Assembly (NCBI GenBank): GCA_025055115.1
Contig: JANWYJ010000008.1
Span: 44,230 to 108,229, forward strand
Length of the DNA: 64,000 nucleotides
From: Gemmata sp.
GTDB lineage: Bacteria; Planctomycetota; Planctomycetia; Gemmatales; Gemmataceae
Direction of reading: 5' to 3'
Made by a program: the position numbers and the translations under genes. This document shows, piece after piece, positions 60,115 through 64,000 of this stretch. The first letter of the stretch is position 1, and each line of letters begins with the position of its first letter. Below the pieces are notes generated by a model. That model made no database searches and was not told where the DNA came from. It worked only from the letters and a program-made list of their open reading frames with translations.

Positions 60115-61368
60115 ATGATGTTCCGAGTCGGTGTCGCGTTGGTGGTTTGGGGGGTCGGTTGGGTTCCGCTGGTCGCGGCCCCTCCGGCGGCCAAGAAAGT
60201 GGACCCGAACCCCAAATCGCTGGAGGTATCCCCGGAAGACCTTTCCAAAGCCCGCCAGCTTGTTCAAAAATTGGGCAGCGAGACCTTCCGCGAACGGGAA
60301 GAAGCCGAACGCGCTCTTACGGAAATGGGCCGCTTGGCACGCCCCGCGCTGCTGGATGCCATCAACCTCGATCCAAACCCGGAGATTCGCCATCGGGCGG
60401 CATTTCTGCTACCCAAAGCCAACGCCGATGAGATGCAAGCCCGTTTGGAGGTATTTTTAGCCGATACCAAAGGGGAATACGAACACCACCTGCCCGGCTG
60501 GCAGCAGCTCCGAGCCGTCGTGCGCGGGGAAACGACGTTGTTCGGCTGGTCGCATGTGGCCCGGCCACAGTTGGAGAAAGCGGCGCGGGAATTGTTCATC
60601 GAATTCATGCAAACCCCCGGAGCACGGCCACTTATGCTGGCCCTGGAACGGCCGCCGACGGAACTAGGCCGGGAGATTGCCGCCCGCAAGCAAGAGATTT
60701 ACAACGCCATGTATCCCCGCCGCCCTGGCGTGACCCCGCGTAATCCGACCCCGACGGAGATGGCGGCGGTTCTGCTTGCTGAAGCGTCTGTCCACTCCCG
60801 GTACATTCCCCGCTCGATGGTGATTACCAACTTCCTGACCCAATCGGGCATTCCCGGGGTGATTCAAGGGAGCAACGACCGGGCCCAAGCGATCAAAGCC
60901 ATCCTTACGGCATGGATTGAAACGCGCAGCGAAGTCAATGACATCACCACGGCCTTGAACATTGCTGGCAACATCCTGCGCGATCCCGACGTGGCCGGCC
61001 GCTTGGCCATTCGCATCTTGCAAACCCCTGGCCTGACAGGCCTTCAGAAGAGCACGGCGATCACCCATCTGGTCCAATCGGGAGCCAAACAGCACCTGCC
61101 ATTGCTCGAAAAAGCCATGACTGATACGACAATGGTGACGACGCTGGTACGGGTGGTCAACGGCCAGCAGATGCGCGAAACGATTGAAGTCCGCGATGTG
61201 GCCTTAGCCGGAGCGATTGTGCTGAGCGGGCAAGACCCCGTCGAGTACGGTTTTGAGAAGGTCGGGGCTGCGGGGGGGGCTTTCCATTACACCCGCGCCC
61301 GGATTGCCAGCGACAAACGGGCCGCGGCTCTCGAAAAGTGGCAACAATGGCGACAAAACAATCCCTAA
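60115..61368 (+). CDS. Secreted hypothetical protein with a HEAT-like N-terminal module (paralog A)
   Basis: Signal peptide, then LSKARQLVQKLGSETFREREEAERALTEMGRLARPALLDAI...PEIRHRAAFLLPKANADEMQARLEVFLADTKGEYEHHLPG. This region is highly similar to the next gene. Confidence 0.6.
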   Translation: MMFRVGVALVVWGVGWVPLVAAPPAAKKVDPNPKSLEVSPEDLSKARQLVQKLGSETFREREEAERALTEMGRLARPALLDAINLDPNPEIRHRAAFLLPKANADEMQARLEVFLADTKGEYEHHLPGWQQLRAVVRGETTLFGWSHVARPQLEKAARELFIEFMQTPGARPLMLALERPPTELGREIAARKQEIYNAMYPRRPGVTPRNPTPTEMAAVLLAEASVHSRYIPRSMVITNFLTQSGIPGVIQGSNDRAQAIKAILTAWIETRSEVNDITTALNIAGNILRDPDVAGRLAIRILQTPGLTGLQKSTAITHLVQSGAKQHLPLLEKAMTDTTMVTTLVRVVNGQQMRETIEVRDVALAGAIVLSGQDPVEYGFEKVGAAGGAFHYTRARIASDKRAAALEKWQQWRQNNP

Positions 61369-61388
61369 GCCAGGCTCTGTCGTCATAA

Positions 61389-61517
61389 AATAGGGCCTTG
61401 CAAAGAATAGGACGTTGCAAACCTGCATCGAATAGGACCTTGCAAACCTGCGAATTCCCGTTGCCGCGGTGGGGGAAATCGGTCATCTTGAACGAACGCA
61501 AGTTGAACGAACGCAAG
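61389..61517. repeat. Small repeats between the paralogs
   Basis: aatagg[g/a]c[c/g]ttgcaaa occurs x3 at 61389, 61406 and 61431. ttgaacgaacgcaag x2 lies at 61488-61517. Confidence 0.85.
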
Positions 61518-61545
61518 CGGCTTTTCTATCGCTAGGGGGCAACCC

Positions 61546-63036
61546 ATGAATCGGCTCAGGGCGGTTGTACTGCTGTGGTGTGTGGGGCTGGCGTCTCCGG
61601 TCGGGGCCGCTTCCCCCGACCCCAAAGACCTGATCGTTCCACCAGAAGAACTCTCCAAAGCGCGCGAACTGGTCCAAAAATTGGGCAGCGAAAACTTCCG
61701 CGAACGGGAAGAAGCCCAAGCCGGTTTGGCCAAAATGGGCCGCCGTGCCCGGCAAGCCCTCGCGGACGCCGTCCTCAACGATACCGACCCGGAAATCCGT
61801 CTGCGTGCCTCCCTGCTGTTGCCCAAAGCCAACGCCGACGATCTGAAAGCCCGCATCGAAACCTTCCTGGCCGATACCGAAGGCAAATACGATCACGATC
61901 TGCCCGGCCTCAAATTGTTCCGCAAATACCTCGGGGCGACGCAAAAATCCCGTGACCTCTACGCTGAGATTCTCAAATCGCCCTACAACATGGAATTGTT
62001 TAACAGTATTGAGAAAGGGGAAGAAGAAGGTGGCCGTGCCATCGCCGACCGGCGAACCACCATGTGGAACGAGATGAACGGCCAGAACATCCGCTTCTCC
62101 GGCCGGCCCTTCACCCCCAAACAACCATCCCTCCCCGACATCGCGGCCCTGCTTTTTGCCGAAAGTGTTGTTCCCGCGGAACGTATCCCGCAGATGCAGC
62201 AATGGCAGTGGATCAACGGGACGCAATTCATCCACCAGCCCGCCTCGATGAACGCCCTGAACAATCCGAATGCCGCGCACGCGGAGGTCTACCGGGCCAT
62301 TATCGCCCGCTGGCTGGCCACCCGGACCGATCCCAACGAACTGGCCAACCTTTCCTACCAACTCGGGCAGATGCCGCTGAAACAGTTCAAAGAAGCCCTG
62401 CCGCTGTTACGCCGCATTGTTTTGACCGAAGGCGTGCAAAACTACGCCAAAGGCCAAGCCCTCAATTCTCTCGTCATGACCCGCGGCAAAGACGAAGCGA
62501 AATTCCTCCGCGACATTCTCCGCAACGAAATTCGCGTCGGCGATTATCCGGAGCTGTTCCCCAACGAGAAGAATCCCGATCGTGTCATCACGGTCAACAA
62601 CGATCAGATGATTCAGCAAGTGTGGTTTGGCAAGCCCGACGGTCAGGCGGAAATGCACAACTGCACTATGAAAGACGTTGCCTTAGCCTTCCTCATTTCC
62701 CAATCCGGCGGCAACATCCGCGATTATGGCTTCGAGACGCAACCTGGCGCCGTCATTCACCCCAATCAACTGGGCTATGGGCAATACGCCTTCACCTCGG
62801 AAACCAAACGCGCCGCCGGCTACATGAAGTTCGGTTGGAAACAACTCAAAGATCAATTGGAAGGCCCCTCGACCGATAAACCCGCCAATCCGCCAAAGGA
62901 CGAGACCAACCCGAGCAACCGACCCGGTCGCCGGCCCGACATTCGCCCGGTTCCGGGCATCCGCCCGGCTCCGCCGGTTCAGATTCAGCCGATTCAACCG
63001 CTGCCCGTTCCCCCGCCTCCGGCTCCAGATCGATAG
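61546..63036 (+). CDS. Secreted hypothetical protein (paralog B) with a Pro-rich C-terminal tail
   Basis: LSKARELVQKLGSENFREREEAQAGLAKMGRRARQALADAV...PEIRLRASLLLPKANADDLKARIETFLADTEGKYDHDLPG. Tail is RPGRRPDIRPVPGIRPAPPVQIQPIQPLPVPPPPAP. Confidence 0.6.
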   Translation: MNRLRAVVLLWCVGLASPVGAASPDPKDLIVPPEELSKARELVQKLGSENFREREEAQAGLAKMGRRARQALADAVLNDTDPEIRLRASLLLPKANADDLKARIETFLADTEGKYDHDLPGLKLFRKYLGATQKSRDLYAEILKSPYNMELFNSIEKGEEEGGRAIADRRTTMWNEMNGQNIRFSGRPFTPKQPSLPDIAALLFAESVVPAERIPQMQQWQWINGTQFIHQPASMNALNNPNAAHAEVYRAIIARWLATRTDPNELANLSYQLGQMPLKQFKEALPLLRRIVLTEGVQNYAKGQALNSLVMTRGKDEAKFLRDILRNEIRVGDYPELFPNEKNPDRVITVNNDQMIQQVWFGKPDGQAEMHNCTMKDVALAFLISQSGGNIRDYGFETQPGAVIHPNQLGYGQYAFTSETKRAAGYMKFGWKQLKDQLEGPSTDKPANPPKDETNPSNRPGRRPDIRPVPGIRPAPPVQIQPIQPLPVPPPPAPDR

Positions 63037-63085
63037 ATCGCCCGTCTTCCCCGCAACCCCGGCCGACCGTTCCGTCCGGTTGGCC

Positions 63086-63203
63086 GGGCCGATCAGAAAG
63101 GCCTTTCCACAAGGGATTCAGTGTCCCTTGGTCGTTGTCGGTTTCAACATGGACTTCGACGGCGGGGCCGATCAGAAAGGCCTATTCCACAAGGGATTCA
63201 GTG
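63086..63203. repeat. 38-bp direct repeat, period 79-80 bp
   Basis: gggccgatcagaaaggcct(a)ttccacaagggattcagtg occurs at 63086 and 63165 with one indel. It lies between convergent genes. Confidence 0.9.
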
Positions 63204-63256
63204 GATGCAACAGTCGACCGTGCGTTGCGGTCGGCCGCACGGATCGTGTCCGCCGG

Positions 63257-63838
63257 TTACCGCCCACCGCGGAGTTGCGTACTGGAAATGTCTTCGCGAA
63301 AATCCCCCTCGCTCAAGGCCATAAACAGTGGCCCAAATTCGCGGCTCCATTCGTGATCGTGCCATACGCGGAATACCCCCTGCCCATCAATCCGCCCACC
63401 GACCACCAACCGGCACCCGTACGCCAACAATCGGCGCAACGCCGCGTCACGAGCCGCAACGCTGCCGTAGTACTTCGGATCGATCACGCGAATGGCCGTA
63501 TCCCAACCAACAACAAACGCTGCTCCCGGGAATAACGCAGCCTTGTCGAGGAAAGTCGGGGCTTGTGTGAGCCACAGTGGGCCGATGGTGACGAACTGGG
63601 CGACGCGACGTTCCACTTCGTCGGGGCTGAGCGGTGGTTTGTCGACGTTGTGCCAACTCAGTTCATAGTGAACGTCGCAGCCTAGTCGGAGGGCGGCGGC
63701 GCGGGCGAGGGCCGTGTGCCCGCGATGAAGCGGGTTGAACGAGCCGGGCAGCAGTGCCCGTGGCGGTGGCACGGCCGACCGCACTTGCCCACGCTCGATG
63801 CACAGTGGCTGGGTGATGGGGAACAACGACTCCAACAC
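63257..63838 (-). CDS. Nicotinate/nicotinamide-nucleotide adenylyltransferase-like cytidylyltransferase-fold protein
   Basis: GSFNPLHRGH (an HxGH motif) and C-terminal ISSTQLR (ISSTxxR motif). GTG start at 63838. Confidence 0.7.
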   Translation of the reverse strand: MLESLFPITQPLCIERGQVRSAVPPPRALLPGSFNPLHRGHTALARAAALRLGCDVHYELSWHNVDKPPLSPDEVERRVAQFVTIGPLWLTQAPTFLDKAALFPGAAFVVGWDTAIRVIDPKYYGSVAARDAALRRLLAYGCRLVVGGRIDGQGVFRVWHDHEWSREFGPLFMALSEGDFREDISSTQLRGGR

Positions 63839-63859
63839 CGCAACGAACCCACCTTTCCA

Positions 63860-64000
63860 TCACGGCGAACGCACCGCCGTGAGCTGCGCCCAGGCTGGCG
63901 CAGTCACCTGACCATTGGCCGCCAAGGCCCGGGCACTGACCTGCAACACGCGCAGGAAGCCTTCGCTATCAGCATGATCGAACGAACCGATGGCTTCCAT
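63860..64000 (-). CDS. Possible 3' end of an upstream CDS running off the window edge
   Basis: One minus-strand frame is open from 64000 to a TGA at 63860-63862, 21 nt upstream of the next start. It is too short to assign a function. Confidence 0.25.
   Translation of the reverse strand: MEAIGSFDHADSEGFLRVLQVSARALAANGQVTAPAWAQLTAVRSP

Overview
High-GC chromosomal window. The gene content suggests a Planctomycetota (Gemmataceae-like) genome: a PVC-type heme-binding CxxCH protein, three GroEL paralogs and many secreted HEAT or PDZ proteins of unknown function. I support about 50 protein-coding genes, nearly all housekeeping. They include two chaperonin loci plus dnaJ-grpE, priA, smc, accBC, a 2-oxoacid dehydrogenase E1alpha/E1beta/E2 set with a separate lpdA, hemH, fdxA, ndk, apt, cysK, a thiolase and several peptidases. 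I recognised no rRNA, tRNA, CRISPR array, transposase, integrase or phage genes, and no canonical defence island. Four things deserve a second look. (1) Two near-identical sigma-54 type (-24/-12) promoter motifs sit at the same distance upstream of both chaperonin operons, and no CIRCE element was seen. (2) Almost every intergenic region carries its own short local direct repeats. Many of these duplicate the last 12-40 bp of a gene including its stop codon, and a repeat period of 71-74 bp recurs at eight unrelated loci. (3) An Rrf2 regulator is divergent from a protoglobin gene, with a 33-bp palindrome between them. (4) A TRIP13/Pch2-like AAA+ ATPase is translationally coupled to a BON-domain protein, with no HORMA or CD-NTase partner visible. 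All functional calls come from reading the translated ORFs by eye. No database search was run.
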